Source of the DNA: an uncultured Gemmatimonadaceae bacterium
GTDB lineage: Bacteria > Gemmatimonadota > Gemmatimonadetes > Gemmatimonadales > Gemmatimonadaceae
Reading direction: 5' to 3'
Length of the DNA stretch: 64,000 nt
Assembly: GCA_963843845.1 (NCBI GenBank)
Contig: CAWJMB010000001.1
Location: forward strand, 64,001-128,000
This document shows, one piece after another, positions 62,990 through 64,000 of this stretch; the stretch's first letter is position 1; each line of letters begins with the position of its first letter. The position numbers and the translations under genes were made by a program. A model generated the notes under the pieces. It worked only from the letters and a program-made list of their open reading frames with translations. It had not been told where the DNA came from and ran no database searches.

Positions 62990-63830
62990 GCCGCTACTCG
63001 AGCCAGGAGCTCCACGAGCTCGCCGCCGCGTACGCGCTCGGCGCGACGACGTCGGAGGAGGCGGCGGCGGTCGAGGAGGCGATGCAGGCGTCGCCGGAGC
63101 TGGCCGCGGAGGTCGCGGCGTATCGTGACGTCGCCGCGTCGGTCGCGGCGACGCGCGCCGTCGCGCCCCCCCGGAGCTGCGCGACCGCGTGCTCGCGGCC
63201 ATCGCGCGCGACGTCACCCCGGCCGGGGCGAGCGTCGCGTCGCTCGACGCGGCGCGGGCCGTCCGCGCGGAACGCATCGAGCGCGCGGCGCCGAGGCGGT
63301 CGTGGACGACGACCGTGCTGTTCACGGCGCTCGCCGCGTCGGTCGCGTTCGCCGTCGTGGTGGGGAGGCAGAACGCCGCGCTGCGCCGCTCGCTCGACGC
63401 GCGCACCGACGCGCTCGCGACGGCGACGGCGAGTGTGCGGATGCGCGACCGGCAGATCGAGACGGTGCTCGAGGCGGAGAAGGACCTGTACGTCGCGCAG
63501 CTGACCTCGCTCGCCGGCGGCGACGTGGCGTCGGGTCCGGGGATCCAGCTCTTCTGGAACGAGCGGAAGCGCGCCGCGATGCTGCACGCGTTCCGACTCA
63601 AGCCGGCGCCGGCCGGCCGGAGCTATCAGCTCTGGCTCATCGTCGACGGCAAGCCGGTCTCGGCGAAGGTGTTCGACTCCGGCGCCGACGGGCACGCGAT
63701 CGTCGAAGACATCGCGATCCCCGATCGCGTCGTCGGCGTGACGCAGGTGCTGCTCACCGAAGAGCCGGCCGGGGGCTCACCGCTCCCGACGACCACGCCG
63801 TTCCTCGGCGGCGCGCTGACGAAGACCTGA
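62986..63830 (+). CDS. RskA-like anti-sigma factor (frameshift near 63170)
   Basis: LAAAYALGA, single TM helix, YQLWLI, TEEPAGGSPLPT. Confidence 0.85.
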
Positions 63831-63878
63831 AGGCACGACAGATGCGCGTCGAGCGCGCTCCACATCCTGGACGACCGC

Positions 63879-64000
63879 ATGCAGCCTGACGCCTCCCGTC
63901 CCGTCGAGGGCGCGAACCCCTCTCTCTGGCAGACGACCGCCGACGTTCCGCCGCGCCCGGCGCTCGACGCCGACGCGACGGTCGACGTCTGCGTCGTCGG
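63879..64000 (+). CDS. FAD-dependent oxidoreductase, 5' end (partial)
   Basis: SLWQ..ALDADATVDVCVVG start of a Rossmann fold. Confidence 0.7.
   Translation, partial: MQPDASRPVEGANPSLWQTTADVPPRPALDADATVDVCVV

Noticed and set aside
1..64000. tRNA, rRNA or riboswitch genes
   Set aside because: None recognised by eye; an Infernal/Rfam scan would be needed to exclude them

Overview
A very GC-rich bacterial window. Gene families and style (ADOP permease with PadR, PD40-amidohydrolase, carboxypeptidase-regulatory-domain receptors) suggest Gemmatimonadota or a relative; this is inference. The centre (about 28.4-35.4 kb) is a visibly less GC-rich replication/partition locus. It contains a non-coding block with twin 17-bp palindromes and a 10-bp tandem repeat, parA, parB, a convergent winged-helix gene, a 0.7-kb interval with two oppositely oriented clusters of 17-bp iteron-like repeats, and a large plasmid-type Rep whose C-terminus resembles DnaA domain I. 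No integrase or transfer genes flank it and the neighbours are ordinary genes, so it looks like the origin of a chromid or megaplasmid. Independently, the heptamer GTTAGGC/GCCTAAC recurs 16 times (manual count) and accounts for every TTA codon I found. The flanks carry a Fur/ZIP/LytS-LytTR/TonB metal-uptake run, a split BLUF + EAL pair, ung, an AlkZ-like glycosylase, metC, solA, secreted hydrolases, a cNMP-kinase/REC-thioredoxin reductase/zf-UBP trio, NSAR/OSBS with a GNAT, and an ECF sigma/anti-sigma pair. Many genes are frameshifted in clusters, most likely from long-read indel errors. All calls come from motif recognition by eye; no searches were run.
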